Below are positions 9,563 to 18,633 of a stretch of DNA of 48,783 bases, piece by piece. The translations under genes and the position numbers were made by a program. This stretch comes from Candidatus Aenigmatarchaeota archaeon (lineage in GTDB: Archaea; Aenigmatarchaeota; Aenigmatarchaeia; QMZP01; QMZT01): positions 1 through 48,783 of the forward strand of contig JAZDFI010000034.1 of the NCBI GenBank assembly GCA_043808015.1, read 5' to 3'. The notes under the pieces are model-generated. The model ran no database searches. It was not told the DNA's origin and worked only from the letters and a program-made list of their open reading frames with translations. Numbering within the stretch: position 1 is the first letter of the stretch; every line of letters begins with the position of its first letter.

Positions 9563-10474
9563 TTATCGCGGCTTTTTCCTGCCATTTATTCTTGCCGTTG
9601 TCCCATTGTTTTTCATTTTCTTGCGCAGCTTTTCCAGAAAAGACGCGTTCTCCCCGGTAGTCAAAGCCCTGGCCGCGCCGATGGCGGTCGCGAATTCCGC
9701 GTGCTCTGGGACGACAGCCCGGCCGCCGAACGTGCGCACGGCGTCCTGCAGCTTTTTCATGAGAGTCTTGTTCCTAGTGACCTTGCCTATGAACACGATG
9801 TCCTTCTCGAGGCCGTGGTTCTTTGCGGCGAAGACTGAAAGCGTGCCGACTATCTCCCCGACCATGTGTATCAGGCCTAGAGCGATATCGTTGTCGCAGG
9901 TCTCGTCGCAGAGCTTGCCGAAGTTCGCGGCCGTCGCATCGGCTGAAAGCTCGCCTATGCCTTTGCCGACGATGTCCTTCACGGTCAGGTTTATTTTTTT
10001 CAGGTTGCCCTTGCCGGCGAGAATCTCGAGGTTGTTTATGTCCTCCTTGTTGAGAAGCAGTTTGAACAGGCCTTTCAGCGTGCCGCCGCCGACTCCGGTT
10101 CCTCCGGCGTGTTTTATGACATTACCGCCTTCGGTGACCGCGACCATCGCCGTCCCGGTTCCGATGCTAACGACGAAGCACCTTTTCTTGCCCGTCAGCA
10201 CCATGCCGCCGAGGCCGATCGCTTTAATCTCCTCGACCTTCCTGACTGGAATTCCGAGAAGCGAGCTGTTAAGTTTGCCGGCTCCGCCGCCAGTCGCGGC
10301 GACGGCCGTGATCCGGTCTATCTTCATCCGGTTTTCTGTGATTATCTTGCCAAGGCAGCCTGACGCGGAAGCGACCGCGTCGCTCGCGTGTATCGACGTA
10401 AAGCTGGTCGTCTTGCCATCCCTTAACAGCACGCCTTGTGTTGTCGAGCCGCCTATGTCTATGCCTATAATCAT
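9563..10474 (-). CDS. coaW: type II pantothenate kinase-like (Fumble/CoaW family, ASKHA fold)
   Basis: GIDIGGSTT, TGGG, VEEIKAIGLGG, VSIGTGT, GGTGVGGGTLKGL, TAANFGK, FATAIGA. Confidence 0.8.
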   Translation of the reverse strand: MIIGIDIGGSTTQGVLLRDGKTTSFTSIHASDAVASASGCLGKIITENRMKIDRITAVAATGGGAGKLNSSLLGIPVRKVEEIKAIGLGGMVLTGKKRCFVVSIGTGTAMVAVTEGGNVIKHAGGTGVGGGTLKGLFKLLLNKEDINNLEILAGKGNLKKINLTVKDIVGKGIGELSADATAANFGKLCDETCDNDIALGLIHMVGEIVGTLSVFAAKNHGLEKDIVFIGKVTRNKTLMKKLQDAVRTFGGRAVVPEHAEFATAIGAARALTTGENASFLEKLRKKMKNNGTTARINGRKKPR

Positions 10475-10558
10475 ATAGATAATTCAATAACTGGGATATA
10501 AAAACAGTTAAAGCTGTTTTGAAAGCGCGGGCTCGCGCCTGATAATTTTCTCAGGATT

Positions 10559-10693
10559 CTACTTGCAGAAAGGGCACTGTCCCATGTTCCCCGAGCATGT
10601 GACCGATTTCTTCAGCTTGCCGCAGAAACTCTTCTTGCCCAGGAACCACTGGCACGAACTGCCTATCTGGGGCATGTCGTCAGCATCTACCAT
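10559..10693 (-). CDS. 44-aa Cys-rich microprotein (putative Zn-binding), not in the ORF track
   Basis: MVDADDMPQIGSSCQWFLGKKSFCGKLKKSVTCSGNMGQCPFCK*; GC3-rich codons like neighbouring genes; TATA-like TTTAAATA upstream. Confidence 0.65.
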   Translation of the reverse strand: MVDADDMPQIGSSCQWFLGKKSFCGKLKKSVTCSGNMGQCPFCK

Positions 10694-10780
10694 GTTTAAA
10701 CATTGGCATTTAATATTTAAAAGTTCACTACTTGCAAGACGTTACTCATTTATGAGTTAAAAACTGGTTGCCGCTGAAAA

Positions 10781-11479
10781 TCAAAGCGTCATGAAATATT
10801 CCCCGCCATAGTTCCTGCCGTCGAATGTGAAGCCGAGCCTTTTGGCTGTCACGTCGTATCTCACCTTAAGGCGGTTCTGGTGATCGTACACTTCTTCCCC
10901 GCGGTCCATTCCATACGGCATTACATAATAAGGCGTGCTCGCCGCGGTCGGCATCGTGGCCTTTTTAAAACCGGCATCCTTTGCCCAATTCAAAGCGATT
11001 TTCACCATTTTGCGTTCCCACTGTCTGGGCAGGTTTTTCTTGGCGTCGGGATACCTGTACGTTATCATATCCCCATGCTTGTGCGGCCCCTGCAGCTGTT
11101 TTATTGCAAGGGTTCCTTCCTCAGCGGTTAAGTCGTTGAATCCCATGCACGCTACGTCCTTGTACCTTTCAAGGCCCTTTCTGACCAGAGAAAACTTATA
11201 GTCGCCGTCACATGTTATGCCCGTTCCGCTGCAATCGCCGCTGAGCACCCTTGATATGAGATGCAGCGAGAACTCTCCAGGCGGGATACCGTTTTCTTCC
11301 ATGTAATCGGTCAATACCTTCCCGTGAAAAGCGATTCCCATCTCACTGCATATTTCCTCTTCCGTGGCGAACCTGGTCCCCTCTATTTCAAAAACTTCGC
11401 GCAGGCTTTGGGCATTTTCAACGGCCCTTGCATATTCTGAATACTTATCTATGTCCCGGAAATCCATCACGCTTAGCAT
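10781..11479 (-). CDS. hypothetical protein, weakly VirK/DUF535 or GNAT-like
   Basis: LAIKQLQG...WERKMV..ALNWAK.AGF...RYDVTAKRLGF; family call weak. Confidence 0.55.
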   Translation of the reverse strand: MLSVMDFRDIDKYSEYARAVENAQSLREVFEIEGTRFATEEEICSEMGIAFHGKVLTDYMEENGIPPGEFSLHLISRVLSGDCSGTGITCDGDYKFSLVRKGLERYKDVACMGFNDLTAEEGTLAIKQLQGPHKHGDMITYRYPDAKKNLPRQWERKMVKIALNWAKDAGFKKATMPTAASTPYYVMPYGMDRGEEVYDHQNRLKVRYDVTAKRLGFTFDGRNYGGEYFMTL

Positions 11480-11541
11480 GTGCTTATTATCCGTAAATTA
11501 GTTTTATATTTGCTACTGTCAAATAACTAACAAGAACGCTT

Positions 11542-12396
11542 ATGTCAAAAACAATCACAGCCATGCCTTTGCAGCTTTTGGGAGTTTCGGGCACTACGTA
11601 TAACGTGGAAGGAAAGATGTGCGACGAAGCACCGTTATACTTAGTGACGCACGGCGGCAAAATTTATATGGCCAAGTGCGTCGCATATCCGGGCGACGTG
11701 AGTTTGGGAAATGAAATGCGGTCGCTTGACGCGATAGGCAGGCATGAAAACATCGTTGAAATCCTGGACCGCGGAAACGGGTTTTTCGTTATGCCTTATT
11801 GCCAGGGCCATGACATGCTGGAGTTTTCAGAATTAAACGCGGAAGAAGGCAACGTATGCAAGCTGATTTCACTCCGCGAGACAGGAAAGGGCCTGGCGCA
11901 CGTGCACGCTAAAGGATACGTCCACAACGACGTGAAGCCCGGCAACATGTTACTCAGGCTCCTGCCGATCGGATACGAAGGTAATGAAATGAAAAAATTC
12001 AAGGATGTGGTTTTGGCGGATTTTGGTATATGTGAAAAGACCGGTGAAAAGAGCGACATGAGCTCGACGAAAGGAACGGTCGTGTATATATCTCCTGATA
12101 AATTGCGCGCGCAGCATTTGGCGGACCCCGGGGATGACGTTTACTCGTTCGGATGCACCATGTTTAGAATGCTTTCCGGGAAAAATTTGTTCCACGGCAA
12201 AGGCAATTTCGATATTTTTTACCAGCATCTCCACTACGAGCCGCCGAAGCTTTCAAGCGTGGTCGAAGTTCCGCAAAGGCTGTCGGATCTGACTTCCAGA
12301 TGCGTGCGCAAGAAAAGCGAACAGAGGCCGCCCATGCAAGAAGTCGTTGAAAATCTTAATTTTATCATTAAAGATGTATACGGCGTCGACATCTGA
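11542..12396 (+). CDS. Hanks-type Ser/Thr protein kinase
   Basis: MAK (VAIK Lys), HENIV, HNDVKPGN, DFG, GTVVYISPD, DVYSFG, RP; Gly-rich loop degenerate. Confidence 0.9.
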   Translation: MSKTITAMPLQLLGVSGTTYNVEGKMCDEAPLYLVTHGGKIYMAKCVAYPGDVSLGNEMRSLDAIGRHENIVEILDRGNGFFVMPYCQGHDMLEFSELNAEEGNVCKLISLRETGKGLAHVHAKGYVHNDVKPGNMLLRLLPIGYEGNEMKKFKDVVLADFGICEKTGEKSDMSSTKGTVVYISPDKLRAQHLADPGDDVYSFGCTMFRMLSGKNLFHGKGNFDIFYQHLHYEPPKLSSVVEVPQRLSDLTSRCVRKKSEQRPPMQEVVENLNFIIKDVYGVDI

Positions 12397-12404
12397 GCGG
12401 CCAC

Positions 12405-14009
12405 TTATATTATCGAGAACAAGCCCAGCAGCGCCAGCACGACGCCCAGGAATCCCTCGCCTCCGATGAGACCGGCCGCGATCAGCTGGCCTTTCTCCGT
12501 CCATCCCTTCTTGTCGGCGACATAGCGGAGCAAACCCCCAAAGAACAGGGGAAACGAAAGCTCGACGGGCACGTAAAGGCCTATGCCAAACGCTATTGGA
12601 ACGATGCCCTGCTTGAAGTAAATGGAAGCGATCGTGAGCAGCCCGCCGGCGATTATGCCGTACACCATGAACTCGGATATGCCGCCCGCAGCGACGATGG
12701 ACGAAAGCGCGACGGCCTGCGGCGCGGGAAGATTTACGCTGCCGATCTTATACATCTGGTCCAGCGCGAACAGCACGATGCCTATGACAATCCCTGATGA
12801 GAATACGCTTATGATCTGAGCCTTTATCTGGTCCTTCGGATTCGTGCCGATAAGATGGCCCGCCTTGAGATCCTGCATGAAATCGCCCGCCATTCCCGCC
12901 GAGATGCACAGTATCGCGGCCAGAATAACAGCGACTACCGGGTCGAGCTGCACGAACAGAAGCACTATGATGAGGATGGCCATCGCGAAGACTTCCATGG
13001 GGTCGATGTTTATCTCGCCCGTTATGCGAGCCGCGATGTAGCTCACCAGGAACGCGCCGAATATCGACGCTATCGCTATCGCGACGTTGAGCCGCAGCGC
13101 GACGCTCAGCAGGACGGCAAAAGCGATGATTGCGATGAACCACCATCTGCCGCGCTTCTCTTTTTTCCATGCACCCTTCATCATGGGCACGAATGCGGGC
13201 AGCCCCTTGAGCAGGAAGTAGACGACGCTAGCTCCGATTATCACGCCGATGCCGAAAGGCTTCGTCACGGTCATCATCGCGGCGAACTTGTCGGCGAACA
13301 TGCCCGACGCCACGAGCGCCGGCACGATGGCGAAATACGATATGATCGCGCCGGCGAACCATATGGCCGTGAATTTGAGCCCGATCAAAAAGCCGCCTGA
13401 AAAAATGGCCAGGCTTATGCTCGCGCCGAAGGAGAAATATTTGGCAGCGGAAAGCTTAAGCGTGTCGAGGTTGAAGAACGAAGGAACCGCCTGGAAATAG
13501 TCGCGGATAACCGTGAACAGTCCGGCCAGACCGAAGAACGCGAACATGAGCTTCGCTTTTTTCCCGCCCTTGTCCCCGGCCTCGAGGACTTTCGCAGTCG
13601 CCGCGCCGTCGGGATACGGCAGCTTCAGTTTCACAATCATCTCCTCGCGCAGAGGGATGGTGAACAGCACGCCAAGCAGGCCGCCGACTATCGCGATGAA
13701 AGTGACCTCTAAAATCGAGATGTCAAGGCCGAGCATCCATATTGCAGGCACGGTGAAAATTATGCCCGCCGCCAGAAGCCCGCCCGTCGAAGCCGCGGTC
13801 GCTGCGACGTTGACCTCGTTCTTGTTTGTCCTGCCGAAAAGTTTTAACAGCGCGAACGACATTATGGTCGCGGTTATGATGGGCCAGTAGACTCCGCCGA
13901 CTTTCAGGCCGGCGTACGCAGAATACATGCACACGACAGCCGAGAGAATCACTCCGACAAGAACAGCCTTCCATGTGAATGCTGAATTCTCCGGAGTCTT
14001 TTGCGCCAT
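12405..14009 (-). CDS. OPT/YSL-family oligopeptide transporter
   Basis: YAGLKVG, LPYPDGAATA, MQDLKAGHLIG, LPAPQA, FGIGLYVP, AAGLIGGEG. Confidence 0.92.
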   Translation of the reverse strand: MAQKTPENSAFTWKAVLVGVILSAVVCMYSAYAGLKVGGVYWPIITATIMSFALLKLFGRTNKNEVNVAATAASTGGLLAAGIIFTVPAIWMLGLDISILEVTFIAIVGGLLGVLFTIPLREEMIVKLKLPYPDGAATAKVLEAGDKGGKKAKLMFAFFGLAGLFTVIRDYFQAVPSFFNLDTLKLSAAKYFSFGASISLAIFSGGFLIGLKFTAIWFAGAIISYFAIVPALVASGMFADKFAAMMTVTKPFGIGVIIGASVVYFLLKGLPAFVPMMKGAWKKEKRGRWWFIAIIAFAVLLSVALRLNVAIAIASIFGAFLVSYIAARITGEINIDPMEVFAMAILIIVLLFVQLDPVVAVILAAILCISAGMAGDFMQDLKAGHLIGTNPKDQIKAQIISVFSSGIVIGIVLFALDQMYKIGSVNLPAPQAVALSSIVAAGGISEFMVYGIIAGGLLTIASIYFKQGIVPIAFGIGLYVPVELSFPLFFGGLLRYVADKKGWTEKGQLIAAGLIGGEGFLGVVLALLGLFSII

Positions 14010-14095
14010 TATTTTCTCACTTGCTCAAGCTTGCATAAATACTAATGCGTCGTTTTTACGTGTTTTGTCGAAGTCATTTTTGGGTTGATGCGAAT

Positions 14096-14626
14096 TCATT
14101 TCTTTTCAGGGCGCTTCTTCATGAAGAACTCGCACGCCGGGCATCCGAGCTCGCGTTGCTTGCAGTGCGGGCAGGCCATCCTGCCGTAAAGTACCGGGTT
14201 GCCGAGAAACGTTTCTATGAGAGGCCATGCGGCCAGCAATATTATGACAGGGTCTATGGCCGGAAGCCTCGTCCAAACCAGGTACAGGCCCGCGGCGACC
14301 GCGGCGATAGTCGGGAGGAAGCTCGGGATCATGCTCTTGCCGGTGATTTTCCTTTCGTTGAACTTCCTGTCGCTCTTCCTGAAGAAAAGCTTCGCGACTT
14401 TGCCTTTCGCGCAGACGCATCGCTTACCGTAGTAATAGCATCTCGTGCACCCGTTCTTCAAAACCGAAACTTCAAGATAAACTACGATGGCAAACAGCGG
14501 GAGCGTCAGGAGCGGGTGAATAAGGTAAAGCAGATAAAGGCCGGCGAAATACACAGAGAATGTGAAAAAATAATAGACCAGCGCCATCCACACGGGATAG
14601 CTTTCAAACTTTTTTTCATTTACCAT
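14096..14626 (-). CDS. Cys-rich membrane protein
   Basis: 4 TM segments; CTRCYYYGKRC and CPHCKQRELGCPAC; SD GAGGTG. Confidence 0.75.
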   Translation of the reverse strand: MVNEKKFESYPVWMALVYYFFTFSVYFAGLYLLYLIHPLLTLPLFAIVVYLEVSVLKNGCTRCYYYGKRCVCAKGKVAKLFFRKSDRKFNERKITGKSMIPSFLPTIAAVAAGLYLVWTRLPAIDPVIILLAAWPLIETFLGNPVLYGRMACPHCKQRELGCPACEFFMKKRPEKK

Positions 14627-14638
14627 AACCAAACCACC

Positions 14639-15025
14639 TCACCTGACTTTATCGCAAGCATAACATTTCCCGTTATGCACGCAGACCACACCGCCGCATT
14701 CCGGACATTTATAATTTTTCTCCTGCACCTTAAGAAACTTTGCGATGCCGTTGCTTTTTATGAACTTCAGGTTGTCGGTCATGCTCATTCCATATCTGGT
14801 TCGGTAGCGCTCATCCAGCGTTTTAATGCTCTTGCACGGGAATTTAGCGCATTCGATGCAGAACTTGTATTTGTTCTTCTTGAAAGTGGGGCATTTGAAA
14901 ACCCTGGCGCATTGCTTGATGCCCGATCTTGATCCAGTCCTGCAGCCCGGGCATTTTCTTTCTCCCAGATGCCACGAGCAAATGGCGCAGTTCATGCCGC
15001 AGGGCGCTACGAGTTTAGCATTCAT
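14639..15025 (-). CDS. DUF3795 Cys-rich protein
   Basis: APCGMNCAIC...CPGC...FCIECAKFPC...CPECGG. Confidence 0.85.
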   Translation of the reverse strand: MNAKLVAPCGMNCAICSWHLGERKCPGCRTGSRSGIKQCARVFKCPTFKKNKYKFCIECAKFPCKSIKTLDERYRTRYGMSMTDNLKFIKSNGIAKFLKVQEKNYKCPECGGVVCVHNGKCYACDKVR

Positions 15026-15029
15026 TTGT

Positions 15030-15305
15030 TCACTTCTTGTAACCGCGCTTCAGCCACAATCTTTTGAAGAACGGTAGCGTCAATGTCGAGAGCATGAAAG
15101 CGAGCGCCGGCACGATGGCGTTGAGCCATGGATAAGGGATGGTGATTGTCTGCAGGTAAAAGCCGATTGCAAGGTAAGTGAATAGTGTCAGCAAACCTCG
15201 CCTGAAGAAACTAGTCTCCCACGCCTTGTCCGCCTCTACGCGCGCGTTCCTTTCATTTATTTTTTTGATTTCATTTTCCAGTTCTTTGATATTTGCCATG
15301 CCCAT
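15030..15305 (-). CDS. small conserved hypothetical membrane protein
   Basis: ERNARVEADKAWETS..RR plus two TM helices; co-oriented downstream of glyA. Confidence 0.75.
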   Translation of the reverse strand: MGMANIKELENEIKKINERNARVEADKAWETSFFRRGLLTLFTYLAIGFYLQTITIPYPWLNAIVPALAFMLSTLTLPFFKRLWLKRGYKK

Positions 15306-15316
15306 GAGTCCTCAAT

Positions 15317-16555
15317 TCAGTAGACCGGGAAATGCCTGCAGAGTTCCTTTACCTCTCCCCTCACTTTCTTCAGCGCGGCGTCATCCTTGTGGTTTTTTAT
15401 CGCCTTGTCCATCAGCTCGGCGACTTGCTTCATCTCGCTTTCCTTCATGCCGCGTGTCGTGATTGTCGGGGTTCCAAGCCGGATGCCGCTCGGGTCGAAT
15501 GGCGAGCGCGTATCGTATGGCACGGTGTTCTTGTTCACCGTTATGCCTGCTTTATCAAGCGACGTCTCGGCTTCCTTGCCGGTCACGCCGTTTTTCGTAA
15601 GGTCTATTAGTATCAGATGGTTGTCCGTGCCTCCCGAAACGAGCGAGAAGCCGTGCGCCATGAGCGCATCAGCGAGCGCCTTTGCGTTCCTGACAATCTG
15701 GTGCGCGTATTCCCTGAACTCGGGTTTCGCCGCCTCGGCGAACGCGACTGCTTTCGCCGCGATCGCGTGCTCGTGGGGACCGCCCTGCATGCCCGGGAAG
15801 ACGGCCTTGTCAATCGCCTGCGCGTATCGCTCTTTACACATTATCATCGCACCCCTCGGCCCTCGTAACGTCTTGTGCGTCGTCGTGGTGACGACGTCCG
15901 TGAACGGGAACGGTGAAGGATGCACGCCGCCGACGATGAGCCCTGCGATGTGCGCGATGTCCGCCATCGATATCGCCCCGGCTTCGGCTGCGATTTCCGC
16001 GAACGCCCTGAAGTCGATTTTTCTCGGGTATGCGGTCGCTCCGGACAAAAGGATTTTCGGCTTTTCAGCCAGCGCGATTTTCCTCACTTCATCATAATCT
16101 ATGAGATGCGTCTTGGGGTCGACGCCGTACTGCGCGATCTTGTAGGCGCGGCCTGAGAAATTGACTTTGTGCCCGTGCGTGAGATGACCGCCCATCGACA
16201 GGTTCATGCCCATGAGAGTGTCGCCGAAATTCATCAGGGCGAAGTAGACTTCGATGTTCGCCGGCGAGCCGGAATACGGCTGGACATTGACGTGTTCGCA
16301 GTTGAACAGTCGCTTCGCCCGTTCGATGGCGATGTTCTCGACAATATCAATGAACTCGTTGCCGCCGTAATAGCGCTTTCCCGGGTAGCCTTCGGCATAC
16401 TTGTTGTTGAAGACCGAGCCCAGCGCCTGTAGCACCGCTCGGCTGGGGAAGTTCTCGGAAGGAATCAGCTCGAGTCCCTCGTTTATTCTTTTCGTCTCCT
16501 GTTCACCGAGGCCGAAAATCTCCGGGTCGGCATCCTTCAGATTGTCCTTCCACAT
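15317..16555 (-). CDS. glyA: serine hydroxymethyltransferase (bacterial-like)
   Basis: LIPSEN, YAEGYPGKRYYGG, GGHLTHG, PLP lysine motif TTTTHKTLRGPRG. Confidence 0.97.
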   Translation of the reverse strand: MWKDNLKDADPEIFGLGEQETKRINEGLELIPSENFPSRAVLQALGSVFNNKYAEGYPGKRYYGGNEFIDIVENIAIERAKRLFNCEHVNVQPYSGSPANIEVYFALMNFGDTLMGMNLSMGGHLTHGHKVNFSGRAYKIAQYGVDPKTHLIDYDEVRKIALAEKPKILLSGATAYPRKIDFRAFAEIAAEAGAISMADIAHIAGLIVGGVHPSPFPFTDVVTTTTHKTLRGPRGAMIMCKERYAQAIDKAVFPGMQGGPHEHAIAAKAVAFAEAAKPEFREYAHQIVRNAKALADALMAHGFSLVSGGTDNHLILIDLTKNGVTGKEAETSLDKAGITVNKNTVPYDTRSPFDPSGIRLGTPTITTRGMKESEMKQVAELMDKAIKNHKDDAALKKVRGEVKELCRHFPVY

Positions 16556-16593
16556 AAAACCACCATTCCCATTGTAAAATGATTACGCTGGCG

Positions 16594-18111
16594 CTATCTC
16601 GACGGACCTTCGTCCATGTCGACTTTTATGTATTTCGCCAGCATAGGATGCACGCGCTTCAGTTCCCTGTAAAGCTCCCACGCCACGCGCCTGTATGAGA
16701 TATGCCCTTCTTTGGAAGAGCGCAGCTTGATGAAATGGTAAAGCTCGCGCAGGTTCCAGGTGAACAGAGTTCTCTTTCGGAATGCGAGAGGCACGACGTA
16801 CTGCGCCTCCTGCGGGAAGCGCTCCGCAATCTTCTCGTAGGCCTGCTTCGCGCGCTCCATCGCTGTCACGAACTGCTTCTCGAAGCCACCATCGACTATC
16901 TCCCGGGGGATGTCATAGCCATTCGCCGTCGTCAACGGCTGGTTGGTCTGCGTGCAGATGCGATGCCGCTGGATGTCGCGGAACGCGCCGTAATCGACTA
17001 GAATGTCGAAAGTGTAGTATGCGTGTTCCAGCTCGCGCATCGGCGAGTCGTGCCGTCCCATATGTTTCATGGCTTCGTCGAATACCCGTTCCTTTTCGGC
17101 GGAGTCCATTTTCTTGACGCGCTTAAGCACGTGGACGTAAGGCTCGTGTGAATACCTGTAAATCATGGAGGCGATGATTTTGTTCTCCGCGTCCTGGTCG
17201 TATTCGACGAGCGTGACGCTTTTCTGGTCACGCGCTTCGTTTTTTTCGTGTCCGCCCACGAGCTCTTCCATCGACTTGTCGGTCTCCCGAATGTAATGGT
17301 TCGCATCCGCGTATTTGATAAGCGTGGGAATTATTTTCAGAACTTCGCTTTTCATGTCCGCGCCGATCTTGTTCATTTCCACGAGCGGGCTCGAAAGCAG
17401 TTTCGTCAGCATCCGCTCCAGCGTGCGCGCGTTGACGGTGATGGACATGTTCGTGAGCGTCGATGCAGGGAGGACGTAGCGCACCGCGTCGCACGCGCGC
17501 GCCTTGGTTATGCCTTCATACTGTTTCTCGTTCATTCCAACAGGACGCGGATATTTCTGCTCCATGTGCTTCAGCATGTGCGGCATTATTTCCAGGTATG
17601 TGTCAAACAGCGAGCTGCACGTCTTTGTATAAAGGTCTGCCAAATCGGAATCCATGAGCTTCGCCGGCTTGTAGAACTTGTCGCGGTCGAATATCTGGTA
17701 GCGGGTCGATTTCTCCGTGTATGACGCCAGTCTCGAATCTTCTATTGCTTTCGTCGCGAGTATCGATACGTTCTCTGCGGCGATGCTTGCGATGGCGTGC
17801 TCCGCCACGCTGGAATGGCCGTAGCCCACGACCCACTGCTCGTGGAACTTGCGCGCCTTCTCCTTCGCGTCCTTGTAATCGACTCCCTTTTCACAGGCGG
17901 CAGCGAAAGCGCCCATGTCGATGTCCTTGCTCTTTATCAGTTTCAAAAGATTGTCGCGGAAGCCCGCGGGGCTGCGCGAGACGTATGCGAACAGAACGGC
18001 GACGACTTCCGGCGGGAGATTATATATTACATATATATCATTGTCTATGCTGGTCACGTGGTTGTTCAGAATCGCCTCGTCTTCCTTTGAAAAATTCGAT
18101 TTGCCTTCCAT
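16594..18111 (-). CDS. thyX: FAD-dependent thymidylate synthase, long two-domain form
   Basis: YGHSSVAEH, EKSTRY, RYVLP; second domain RDIQRHR...NLRELYHFIKLRS. Confidence 0.92.
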   Translation of the reverse strand: MEGKSNFSKEDEAILNNHVTSIDNDIYVIYNLPPEVVAVLFAYVSRSPAGFRDNLLKLIKSKDIDMGAFAAACEKGVDYKDAKEKARKFHEQWVVGYGHSSVAEHAIASIAAENVSILATKAIEDSRLASYTEKSTRYQIFDRDKFYKPAKLMDSDLADLYTKTCSSLFDTYLEIMPHMLKHMEQKYPRPVGMNEKQYEGITKARACDAVRYVLPASTLTNMSITVNARTLERMLTKLLSSPLVEMNKIGADMKSEVLKIIPTLIKYADANHYIRETDKSMEELVGGHEKNEARDQKSVTLVEYDQDAENKIIASMIYRYSHEPYVHVLKRVKKMDSAEKERVFDEAMKHMGRHDSPMRELEHAYYTFDILVDYGAFRDIQRHRICTQTNQPLTTANGYDIPREIVDGGFEKQFVTAMERAKQAYEKIAERFPQEAQYVVPLAFRKRTLFTWNLRELYHFIKLRSSKEGHISYRRVAWELYRELKRVHPMLAKYIKVDMDEGPSR

Positions 18112-18237
18112 TCTGCAAAACCCCTTCCAAACCCCGATGAAAAGATTATCAGTTCAAATTTTATAAGCGTTTTCGCTTTTAGCTGCAATTGGCACCGGTA
18201 GATAATAAATTTAAAACTAACAAAAAATAAGTCAGGT

Positions 18238-18585
18238 ATGTACGAGGCAGCGGGCAGGGGTACACCGGACGATATCTCACTAAAGAAAGGATTCATGCAG
18301 CTTCTTAAGGGGAAAATAGGCGGCATTGAAGACATGGGAAACGGGAGGTCATATCCTGCTCCTATTTCGCAAGTTGAACATTTCAAAGTAATATATAAAA
18401 GTCCGGTTCCCGGTGATGAGGTCAAAGATTGCGTCAAAGAAACTTTGGCCATGTCTGGCGGCTGGTCGCTGAACAGTGATAATACCGAAGAAATGACATT
18501 CTCCAACCCCTCGGGCAATAAAAGAACAGTTCGTTTAGAACATTACGGAGATGAAACATTCGTTTCCGTCTTTGACATGCGGTAA
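18238..18585 (+). CDS. hypothetical protein
   Basis: 115-aa ORF with AT-rich TATA-like sequence upstream; no family recognised. Confidence 0.6.
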   Translation: MYEAAGRGTPDDISLKKGFMQLLKGKIGGIEDMGNGRSYPAPISQVEHFKVIYKSPVPGDEVKDCVKETLAMSGGWSLNSDNTEEMTFSNPSGNKRTVRLEHYGDETFVSVFDMR

Positions 18586-18633
18586 AACATGTAAATAATT
18601 TAAGCACGGATGCTTATTCTTTATCGTGGTTGC

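Noticed and set aside
9606-10478. Long antisense or overlapping ORFs (9606..10478, 5470..6213, 14045..14932, 15387..16097, 19690..20379, 29759..30601, 32536..33357)
   Set aside because: Shadow frames of well-supported genes produced by GC3-biased codon usage; no recognisable motifs.
10563-10760. 65-aa + strand ORF
   Set aside because: TTG start with no features; the opposite-strand 44-aa Cys-rich ORF fits codon bias and promoter position better.
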